From the NCBI GenBank assembly GCA_001642005.1, contig LWCA01000231.1, positions 1 to 38,830 of the forward strand: 38,830 bases of DNA, given 5' to 3'. The notes under the pieces were generated by a model. It was not told the origin of the DNA. It made no database searches and saw nothing but the letters and a program-made list of their open reading frames with translations. Shown piece after piece: positions 1 to 10,244 of this stretch. This stretch comes from Intoshia linei. Taxonomy: Eukaryota; Animalia; Orthonectida. Both the position numbers and the translations under genes were made by a program. The number at the start of each line of letters is the position of its first letter. The stretch's first letter is position 1.

Positions 1-591
1 AAATAACGCACTTACAGTAAATATTCGTAAAGATATAATGATTTATAATAAAGTAAATAAAGTATATTAAAAACGACATTACTTATGAAACGACCTAATA
101 AAACCACATTTAGCTACAAAAATTTTTTAAAAAAAAAATTGGTAAAGTATTGTTTTTAAAAATTTCTTAATAAAAATATAAAGCCCTCTTAAAATAAGTG
201 AAAAAAATGTATCCTAAAAAATAATGTATTATGTATCAATATGACCATATTCCATTCTTAACTTTATCAATAATTAATTTTTTTCATTTTGAAAGGATTA
301 AAATACATAAATTTATATGTCATTATAAATTATAATTTTGAAAATTGTCATTAAAATATAATTTAATTTTTTTTCATTCATAATTTTTTTATCCCGTTTA
401 TAAAAAATTGTAATTTTTGAAATAAACATAAAATATAACATTGTGCCATAAAACGAAACATGAATTGTACAAATATTCATTTTTATTTGCATTTGCATTT
501 ATTTTACAGTATTTACATTGATTTAAGGTTTCATTTGATGATAACTAAATTAGAAAAGGAGATATAAACCAATATCATAACCGAAACGACA

Positions 592-3500
592 ATGAGCGAC
601 TCTGAAAAACCAATTTTAGAAACAATTAAAATTGAAAAACCTGAAGTGAACGTTGGAGAGTTGAAAAAAAAATTAAAATTGTCTAGAGATGAAATGAAAT
701 TGATGAACAAGAAAGTTACACATTACAGACGTCGAACGCTATGCCCAACTTTAACAGACTTTGAAAAATACAATATGTTAAAGAAACACACTGGCAGAAA
801 TACAATAACATATAAAGAAAATATAAAATTGCAAAACTTGGGAAACAGCATTGACAATCCATTTCTGCATAACGGAAAAGGACAAAAAATATCAGTCAGA
901 AGCTGTCAAGCAGATATTGCTTACAAAGAGGAACCTATCAGTAATTGTTCGATAACACCTTTAGAAAATCTAAATAAATACTTAAAAATAATCAACAATT
1001 TTAAATGCCAAAATCGATCTCTACGTCTCACTAATGCTCATGTTGATAAAGATTCCAACTTTTCAAATTCTGAAATGTCAGCTTTTTCGAGTGGCACCCA
1101 AAAAGGTAAAAATATGAATACTTCAGATTTCCAAATAACTAAACATTTAACATTATCTGATAACAATATTAATTATAAAGACAACCTTTCCATTCCGTTG
1201 CGTCATAATGCCACAATGTATAATATCAACCAAAAAAATTATCGGAGAAGCAAGTCTTTACAAGAATCATTTTCAACTCAATCTTTACATGTTCATAGAA
1301 ATTCAAAAACAATTTCTCCGTGGTTTAAAATTATTAACAAACTTACAAAGGGTATCAAAAAAAGACCTTCTACGATAAATATAGATAAAATTAAAAAAAC
1401 GTCAATTCATCGCAGCTGTGATAGCTCCATCAGCATTAATGATGTTTATAGTAAATTTAATATTATTTTTATCATTTCAAAGATAATTCATGCTTTAGAA
1501 TTTAAAAAAATTTACATGTGGTACAGTTGTATTCTGTTAACACACATAAAAATTTTTAATCTGAATAAGTGACGACTTCACGGTCAAAAAAGCATTTTAG
1601 TATTTATGTATTTTTTTTCCGAAATATTTTATTAAAACATAAAATGTGAAATAATTAACGGTCCGAAAATTAAAAAAAAAATATTATTCTGATAGAGCTT
1701 ATTCCAGTTGATATAAATACAAAATTTTAACTCCAGAAATCTACAATTCCCGGTGAAAAATAATTTTTAATATACTAATAATAATAGTTGATCCAGTAAT
1801 AATAATTAATAAGTAAGATACATAATAATAGTAACAGTTGTAGTAAGTATTATCAACCAATATTTTTCAAATATTTCGATTAAAACAAAAATTGAAAATG
1901 TAACTATTGATCTTACAATTTCAAAAAAAATGTGCATTGAACGTCTACACGTTTGCAATTAAGAAATATGGGTGAAAATCTATATATTCATTCCTTCGCA
2001 ATTTTTAAATTTCAAATTCTTATTTTCAAAATATTGTTTCAAATTTAAACTACAACAACGAAACTAAAAGTAATACAACTTTGTTAGTATCATTTTTATA
2101 TTTAATACAATCTTTTGCAACATTGGTAAAATTCACCTGAAATATGTTTATACTGATTCTGTTAATTATTAATACATAATTGGTAGACATATAATTTTAA
2201 GTACAGTATTTATTAAATTGATACTGAATATATATCATTACACTGAAAATAACAAAATAAGTTTTTATAATTTTATTTTTTTTGAAATTTATGCTATTTA
2301 TGATAATTTTTAGGATTGGACTGTTTTTACTTTATTTATAATATTATACACACATTCTGTATAATAAATTAAAAAAATGGGATAACAATTGTTTTTAAAA
2401 TTTTTTACGCATGTGTGACGAAAATGTTAACAAAAAAAATTAAGATGGAATAATTCAGTTTAAAGTAAAAAGTAATGTGATATGACGGTTCCACCTAAAA
2501 CAAGTTTGGGACCACTACTTTAAAGGATTGATAATAGTGAATAGTAGGATTTTCAACGTGAATTTATTTTTTTGGTAAAATAAAAATGTGCTCTCGTCAG
2601 AGCTAGGTGCTGTTTGTACGTAGTACATATCATTCAACCTAGTACTTTATAAACACTAGTATTTTATTGAGTTCAGGATCATGTATTCAATTTATATATT
2701 TACCATTTTAGATAATTTGACAAGTGATTATAGAAAAAAAATGATGAAATGGGAAAAAAAGAATAACAGAGAAAAGCATTTATTTAAAAGTTAATTTTAA
2801 TTTTATAGGAATAATATTTAATACGACGTCCATTCTTTAGAGTAGGAGTCGGCAACCTTTTGCGTCCCGTAGGCCATTTTTTTATCAAAAAATTGTTCGG
2901 GTCCCGTTTTTGAAAATTTACACATGATAAATTTCAATTTTAACTGAAGAGAAACGGTTCTAGTATATTCAACAAGATAATATCCAGGATAATCTGATAA
3001 GAGCTAAAATGATTATAATGAGCCAATTATGGTAGAAAAGAGTTTAAAAGACGAATCTATCAATATTATATATGAATAAAAATTTTTTTATTTTTTTAAT
3101 TTTTAATTTCCCGGTTCTCGACTTTTGTCATTTCCCGGGAAATCACAATCACTACTTAAAGGGCGACCAAAATTATTCTATGGGAAACTGGTTGCCGACC
3201 CGAAATTCTAAACTTTTTCATTCCTAAGATAGATCTGTTTTGTTTGAAGCGTGCAATTTGTGCTGGTTTATTTTGTTTCGAAAGCACAAAGTCTGTTTCT
3301 TTTGGAATGCCAATGCCACGTCTTGGTACGACAAATTTAATGAATTCTTTTGCATAGCAATCATATGTCGGTGGTGGTTTTTCATTATTCTCTGTTTCAC
3401 TTACTCTACCCTTAACACAGGCCATGTCATTATTGTAAGATTGCATGTCAGTCAGCAGCTGGTGTGATTGGTAGTGATATCTCAGCTTGCGTCGTTTCGT

Positions 3501-6500
3501 TTCCATCTTCATGGGTCAAGCCCATTACATGTTGCTAATGCAAATCAAATTGCAATTATTGCTTGTTACGTAATGCAGAGAACAACACTGGTGCGACCAG
3601 GGCAGGGTCATCTTTAATACTTTTACTCAACATTCCTTCGACAGTAGCAATTGTTTTAACCTTCGTTTCACACATTCTAATCCTAACGCTATTGACAATA
3701 TGATTAGGTATCTTAAAGCCCTTAGACCTAGGATAACCTAAGGAATAGTTTTCATAGCCATTACAAATTGTGCGCATTAAATTAGCACCATTGATGTACT
3801 AACAAGTACTCTTTCCGATTTGTAGTTATCAAAATGATCAAGAACATGGATAGGTGTGCAACTCCTAGGCGTGTATATTACTATATATCTATGTGGCGCT
3901 ACGCAAACAAGAAAAACGTCATAAACGGACAAGCGTTTCTTGCCGCGTGCAGTAACTATGCCTTTATCATGCTGCCAGAGCTGATGACGATAGTTAGCAC
4001 CTCCTATAATACGCCTATTAAAATAATTGTCCTCAAAATAAAATGTTCCATCATCTACATTACCAGTAAGGTCCTCAGAGTAGATGGTGAAAAGTATCAT
4101 GGGTAAGCCAAGTAACAAGTCATCATTGAGATCGACATAATAGGCAACATCAATAAAAACAAGAACACTTTTAGAAGTTAAAAGATCATTTTTAAATATC
4201 ATAGCCAAGTCCTTACAATTATAATACAATCTATTCCCAATTGTTTCAGTATTTTCCGCAGAAATTGAATATGGTATTAAGTTCATATTTTGTTGTCTCA
4301 TCCTAACCAATTCTTTTATTGCTTTTTCGTAAGGTTTAACTATCATATCAGATTCACTGATAATATAGTTACGGTCACTATTTAATTCTTGTCCTTTAAA
4401 TTTAATATAGACTCTGAATCACCTTTAAACCTTCATAACATATCGGTGACAATCCTGTTTAAGGTACCTTTATGTTCACTGGCATCCCAGGGAGTATAAG
4501 GAAGGATTTTTCAAGATAGCATATATATACATATTTTTATATTAGAAAAATGGAATAGCCCTAATGAACAGCTATATCATCAAAAATCGCTAATTATGTA
4601 TTTTTATTCACTGATTATAGCATACATGATATCTTTGGACATTTTTTATTATTATTCTTGGTAGTAAACTTCTATTTTGTTCATATAGTATTGGTACATA
4701 CAGGTATAATGCCATATATCACACATCACGCAACATGACCTACTGTCGAAGTATCTATTAAAATATTTATATATTGTTATGCGGTAACTCATTAAAATAA
4801 ACTGACCCATTGATATGGCGGAATTGACCACATTCACATTTATTAATATTGCATGTGTTATAATAATTATTACATACGTATATTTTAGACATTGAAACAA
4901 AACTTAGCAGTCTAAAATTTGACGAATGTTCATCTTTAAACTCTGGAAATTATGGTTCAAAAATTTTTAATGGTTCTATTAAATCGCAAACATATAATTA
5001 CGAAAATTTTGTTGAAAGCATTATAAACAACAATCGACCACAATCTGGTGCAGAATTGAGTAAAACTAATCATGTTAGTCCAATGAAAAGAATTAATAGT
5101 TTCGATTCGATACATGAAATTATACCGTAATTTTGTAATTTATTTATGCTTTACGTTAGTTTTGAAGGATTTTAGAAAATTTAACCATATCAACCTCACA
5201 ATGACACTTTCACTCAGTATTCATAGTAAAATACATACTACCGTGATATATGACAGTAGTTCTCAACGTGGGCGTTATCAAAATTCAGGGCGCTAGAACC
5301 AACATTATTAAAAATATCAAATATATTAGAAATTTTAATATTTATTCAAAAATTCCCCTAAAACCACCTTTACCTACCAAAATTTTCTAAAACAAAAAAA
5401 AATCTTATTTTCTGGTAGTTTTATTTAAAATTTGTTAATAAAAATACGAAAGCCTTCTTCAAATATGTTAAAAAATGAATTATAATTAGAAATTTAAAAA
5501 TTTTTACACTGATGTATTTTTTATTATGGGATGTGAGCCTTCAAATGTCTTATCTGCTGATGTATTTTGAAATATGAAGGATATTATCGTGTTTATATAT
5601 AATAATAATGTAATATATATTACATGATTGAAAGTGCATTCAGTTCTGTAAACAAAATATATTAACTAAAGATGAAACAAAATAAGTATATGTCAAAGAG
5701 GAGTTATTTTTATCAAATTAACCAGCATAAACCCAAGAATTAAGGAGTTGGCACTCTATCACCGGGACCGAGGATCACATGGAAATAAATAAAAATTATT
5801 TACTTTTTTTTCTATTATTATTAATTATATAAAAGTTATAGTTCATTTTATCATAGGAACGCAGATTTAGAAATTTATGAATTATGGTGGATGGGGGGGG
5901 GGGGGGGGGGNNNNNNNNNNNNNNNNNNNNNNNNNNNGGGGGGGGGTAGCGTTGGTTTAAAAAGGTTGAAACCCCTTTATATGATATGGTAGATCGTACC
6001 TTGTAGTATAAAGTTCTTATGAAGAAAAATGTATTACTATTCACGGATCTAAAGATGAATATTACCATTTTACTTAACAGACTGGGTATAATTAGGATGT
6101 TAACAAAATTTAAATAGTAAACCGCTTTTTTAAGAGCAAACCAAATTTATGTAGTTTTTTGTTTAATAAAAGAGTTAAAACGATGATTTTTTCATTTTTT
6201 TTTGTCGAAACGCACGCAATTTTTTCAGTTTCCGAAGTTGAGTCCTTCAGGGTCAAAAACCCAATTTTCTTTTTATTTAAAATTAAAATCAACCCAAAAA
6301 TTTAATAAAACATAAATTCTGGGACGCGTTCTAAAATCAAAAATCAAACAAACCCAGTTTGAGAACCACTGGGTTTAACCGTATCGGCTAAAACTAAATT
6401 AGAATTCTACCAATTATAATACAAAAGGTACAGATATACCCATAAATAAAATTTTAGACAAATCCAGTTTCAACAAAGCTATTCCAACAATACAATGGAC

Positions 6501-7590
6501 AATGAATGTGTTTTTGATAACGAAAATGTTAAAAAATTGGTAAAAAATTAAAAAATATTATTAAATATTCTGAAAACTTTCTATTTTAAGTCGTATTTCG
6601 AAAAAAAAATTTTTATATTAATTTTTAATTTTAGATGATACGATCAAAAAAAATGAAAAATGCCATTAGATCAAGTAAATATATTGCTAGCTAAGCGTTA
6701 ATAAATTTTAGATTCCAAAATGTTTTTAACCTGTGTAAAGATATTTATTATTATTGTTTATTTTCTGACTGTAGGTGGACGAATTGGAAAATAGAAAAAA
6801 TTTTATATGTAACTATTTGTCTACATATTATAAATTTACTGATTCAGTCGAACAAATGAGCCTCCCGAATACATTACAAAAAGGGGTATTTAAAATAATA
6901 ATTTAATAATGAATTTATATTATATAATAATACACATGTATACCGGTCTACAGGTATACCAGTCTTGTCATCGGTGATTTTTAGAAATTAAGCCATTTAA
7001 GGTTAAAAACGCCAAATATCTTTTTCTTTCTTTCTTTTAAAAATCAAACGAGTCCTAGAATTATAAAAAATACTCAATCTGATAAAGATTTTAAAATCAT
7101 CAATATTCTGATAAGTTTTAATTCCAAAATCTTGTCTTCACGGCTAAAACCACAAATTACCATTTTTTTAAATAAAAGTACTAGAATTTTGTACAATATA
7201 AATTGTGGGATAGTTTTTAAAATAATAAACATTATCATAAATAGCAACCCAAAAAAAGTGCATTTCACGATCAAAGCTATAGATTATCCTTTTTTTAAAA
7301 AAAAGTCCTAGAATTGAAAATAAATTATAGTTGAGTTATATCGAGTTAACACACACAAAAAATTTAAATCTGACAAAGTGACGCTTTCTAAACGACCGGT
7401 TCGCTACATGAATATTGGAAAAAGATGTGATATAATATTCCGGCATCTACTGTAGTTCAATTTCATAATTTTGTAAATTTAGAAATCTGACGTTATAAAC
7501 AACCAAAAATTTATTGATTCCATTCTATTAACCATTGAACAATGCATTTATGTTATAAATAACACTAACAAAAAAAAATACCTTCCATAA
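592..7590 (+). CDS. Multi-exon gene of unknown function (Ser/Lys/Asn-rich, low complexity); exon model approximate
   Basis: A long first exon from ATG 592 to a GT donor at ~1450; the rest of the 326-aa ORF runs into repeat DNA. It splices in phase to exon ~2713-2789 (NNLTSDYRKKMMKWEKKNNREK), then 4546-4597 (KKWNSPNEQLYHQKSL) and ~4889/4908-5126 (SLKFDECSSLNSGNYG...HEIIP). Further AG/GT-bounded open segments lie at ~6400-6890 and ~7483-7590. No domain recognised. Confidence 0.55.
1490..2642 (+). mobile_element. Non-autonomous Helitron-like repeat (3' portion), in intron 1 of the unknown gene
   Basis: Ends in a TGTAC-GTA-GTACA hairpin (2615-2627) followed by CTAG|T (2639-2643). Internal sequence is shared with copies at 10480-11638, 17595-18238, 26270-26610 and 38480-38830. 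Confidence 0.65.
2842..3202. mobile_element. Degenerate hAT-type MITE remnant(s) abutting the viral insert
   Basis: Inverted termini AGGAGTCGGCAACC (~2843) and GGTTGCCGACCCG (3190-3202). An additional internal terminus-like segment ATTTCCCGGGAAATCACAATCACTA lies at ~3130-3154. No matching TSD seen. Confidence 0.45.
3202..4520 (-). pseudogene. Endogenous viral element: degenerate nodavirus-like protein A (replicase) fragment, N-terminal capping/methyltransferase domain plus region preceding the RdRp core
   Basis: Three collinear minus-strand ORF pieces. (1) PYSIS..GNRLYYNCKDLAM..FIDVAYYVDL..PMILFT..GGANYRHQLW..HRYIVIYTP matches nodaviral DVDYY and GGxxYxHxxW capping-domain motifs. (2) SVRIRM..IATVEGML..DPALVAPVLF, continuing through stops as H*QHVMGLTHEDG..PITPAA. 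(3) After a frameshift, SYNNDMACVKGRV..PPPTYDCYAKEFIKFVVP..GIGIP..V..KQNKPAQIAR, a typical noda-like pre-palm region. No introns, and visibly more GC-rich than the flanks. Confidence 0.88.
5893..5946. other. Assembly gap (N run) within a poly-G tract
   Basis: Ns at ~5911-5937 flanked by G homopolymers. Confidence 0.95.
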
Positions 7591-7762
7591 GGTAAACTTT
7601 AAAAAAACAAAATTATTCAATGTCAATAAACGTAATATTTAGATTGCCATTTGATGCTCATCAAGCATAAATTATAGTACCTGAATGTTTTTAATAAAAA
7701 TTGATATAAACATGACATTTAAATACAATAGTAATTTAATTTTGTGGTAAAAATAGTATAAT

Positions 7763-9932
7763 TTATATATCATGAATCGTTTTATTTGAAGCTAATCCTC
7801 GCATACATTTGATACCTTCTTCGTTCTGATAAATTTGATCTGGATCACTTTTTTTAATTTTGAGAACAATCACATAACATGAAGGAAGAATCGACTAAAA
7901 TTCACATTTAACGCTATACCAATAATGACTCATTATTAATGAGTACATGTGAGACATTACTAATGAATGATTAAATAATTTTGACTTTGAAAAATGAAAA
8001 AAGTTGCCATCTTTAGAGGGTTAATGCTTAGCCTAAGCTATACTTCCAATTTTGAGTTTAAAATAAACGGTATTACTAATAATTACATTTTAGATTAATT
8101 TTATTATTAAAAAAAGTTAACATTAATCAGCAAAATTTTGCTAAAAATTCTATTAAATAAGACCTTCAATATATTATAAATTATTATAATGCCCAAAATT
8201 AGATTAAAAATTTTTTGCTATTTTTAACTATAATTACAAATTATTAAAGTCAGTAATAAATGTTTTAGGGGAAGATAATTTTGAAAAAATGAAATGTTTG
8301 ATTAAATTATATAATTAAATCTAGGGGTGATTCTCTGAAAATTCCTGATCTAAATTTAAAAACACTATATTACTAATTCAATTTTAAATTTTCATTTCAT
8401 TTTCAATTTTACCTATCATATAAAAAAGTTGGGAAATGAATCGTAACATTAAAATGAAATATCAGAAATAATTTTGAAAAAATAGTTTTTTTAATCGTAA
8501 TTATATTCCACAAAATAAAAAAATTACATGTGACAACATTCCCATACATTCAGTATCACACCAACAAAACTTGTCTCTTTCATAAAAATGAGTATTTTGG
8601 TCATATTTTTTGCAAAGCCTAAAATAATGAAATGAATACAAATGTACAAAGATTTACATATATAGATTGTATAAAGCAGAGGTGGGAAAAGTAGGCCTTA
8701 TTGACAATTTGGTGCGGCCTTCTGAACAATTTGAATTATGTTTCATTTAAAATTATTTTATTTATTATATTATTAATTTTTGGTAAAATCTGATTTTTTC
8801 CTTAAGGGTTGGTAAAATTGGGTTTTTTCTCTTGGGATCAGATAGAGGGAATTTAGATATAAAAGTTTGGTAAAAAGAGATTTTTCCTTAATGGTTGGTA
8901 AAATTTTGGTTTTTTCTCATAAGATTTTACTAAATTGAATAAAATATGCTAAACATTTATCATTCACCCCCATTAAAATTATAATTTTATTAACACTTAA
9001 AACCCATTAAAATCAGTCACCCTCATGAGAAGCATTGCTGTATTTGATTAAATTTTATTTAGAAAAGTGCGGTCTTTCGTGACGTGACAAATTTTTTGTG
9101 ACGTTATTGCTGCCTTCGAACAGTAAATGTTTCCCACCTCTGGTATAAAGTAATGAATTTAAATACAATTAGGCTAGTTAAAAATAAAATCTGAAAAAAA
9201 TATATTACGTATCAACTGAAGAACATTCAATATCTATAACTTCTTGAATTACATTTTTGGGTAAAACTGGAATAAAAACACAATCAATTAATGTCGTTAT
9301 GTTGGGTGTAAATTTTTCACATAAATTGGTTAATTCTGATAAAAAATGTATTCTCTAAAAAAGATTTAATATTTAAAATACAAAGCGTTTAAAAGACACC
9401 CATATTAAATAATCTTACCTGGTCATCCGTCAAATGATGACCTCTCACAACTCCATCATCTGTCACTCCAATGTAAATATTTCCGCCTGTTTTTCGATTA
9501 AGGATAGAGCAAATTGTTCTGTCAATTTTTAAGTTAGTCATTTATAAATCATAGTAAGGGTCGCTAAAGTGGTACATATGGACCCCTGGGTTTAAGCAAA
9601 ATTTGAGATTACTGTAGACTAATTTCCCATGGCGACTGATCCCACAAATAATATCTTTTAGATTGATATATTCGGCGGGCATGCAGCCCGTGGAACCAAT
9701 GACCACGTTGGACCAGCCTGCCATAATTAATTATCATGATTCATGAATATACAATAAATATATACTTTGAGATTGGAGCTCTAGTGCTTTTGTCATTCAT
9801 GTTTGCTTCATATTTTATATAATTTTTTAAATATCTATGCCCTTTAAATTCGTTTTTCACGTTCTCTTCTAATAATAATTGACTTCCTTCGTAATAAAAA
9901 TCTACTCCACTTTTGTATACTTTTTTTGTCAT
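7763..9932 (-). CDS. Stand-alone Schlafen/AlbA_2-domain protein (SLFNL-like), 5 exons, ~210 aa
   Basis: Phase-compatible exons: 9932-9766 (..LLLEENVKNEFKGH..RAPISK), 9518-~9419 (TICSILNRKTGGNIYIGVTDDGVVRG), ~9354-9209 (..CEKFTP..CVFIPV..), ~8618-8528 (..FCWCD..) and ~7894-7763 (CYVIVLKI..YQNEEGIKCMRGLASNKTIHDI*). ExxxxEFK, LN..GG.IYIGVxDDG and YV(I)..Y.NEEG..R..S are AlbA_2 hallmarks. Confidence 0.85.
8677..9142. mobile_element. hAT MITE in an intron of the Schlafen-like gene
   Basis: TIR CAGAGGTGGGAAA / TTTCCCACCTCTG; perfect 8-bp TSD GTATAAAG on both sides. Confidence 0.9.
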
Positions 9933-10244
9933 TTTAAAATAAGAATACTTTAAATTTTATTCACAAACTCAGAATTAAACGTTGTCATGTATATCTGTCA
10001 TGTAATCTATGTGAAATTGACCATTTTATGATTATAATCATACTTCATATATGACTATTATTATGATAATTGTAATTAAAAGTCAAATGTGAATATCGTG
10101 TGTGTAAATTATCAAGAACAACCTGTATTATCATTGATTCATAAATAATGATAATAAATATTTATTCAAATTAAAAACACATAATGCGATTCAAAGAGTG
10201 CGCCATAGATTTTCATTTGTAATAAAGTAACGTTTAAATATAAA
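9933..10244. promoter_or_regulatory. Probable bidirectional promoter between the Schlafen-like gene and NUP58
   Basis: Divergent ATGs at 9932 (-) and 10245 (+) with 312 bp between them; no transposon recognised in the interval; tandem TGTCATGTA motifs at ~9983-10004. Confidence 0.5.

Noticed and set aside
3775-3779. TAATG stop-start overlap suggesting translational coupling between viral ORFs
   Set aside because: Protein A is a single ORF, and the downstream frame is already open upstream of the ATG (YINGANLMRT). A decay frameshift near 3800 explains it.
3240-4106. Plus-strand ORFs of 75 and 90 aa over the EVE
   Set aside because: They are antisense shadows of the viral coding sequence with no recognisable features.
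5796-6068. Poly-proline ORF or G-quadruplex element
   Set aside because: It spans an N gap in a G homopolymer, so length and context are unreliable.
5255-6371. Single hAT element bounded by CAGTAGTTCTCAAC and TTGAGAACCACTG
   Set aside because: The flanking 8-mers do not match and the interval contains a gap and other repeats, so it cannot be shown to be one insertion.
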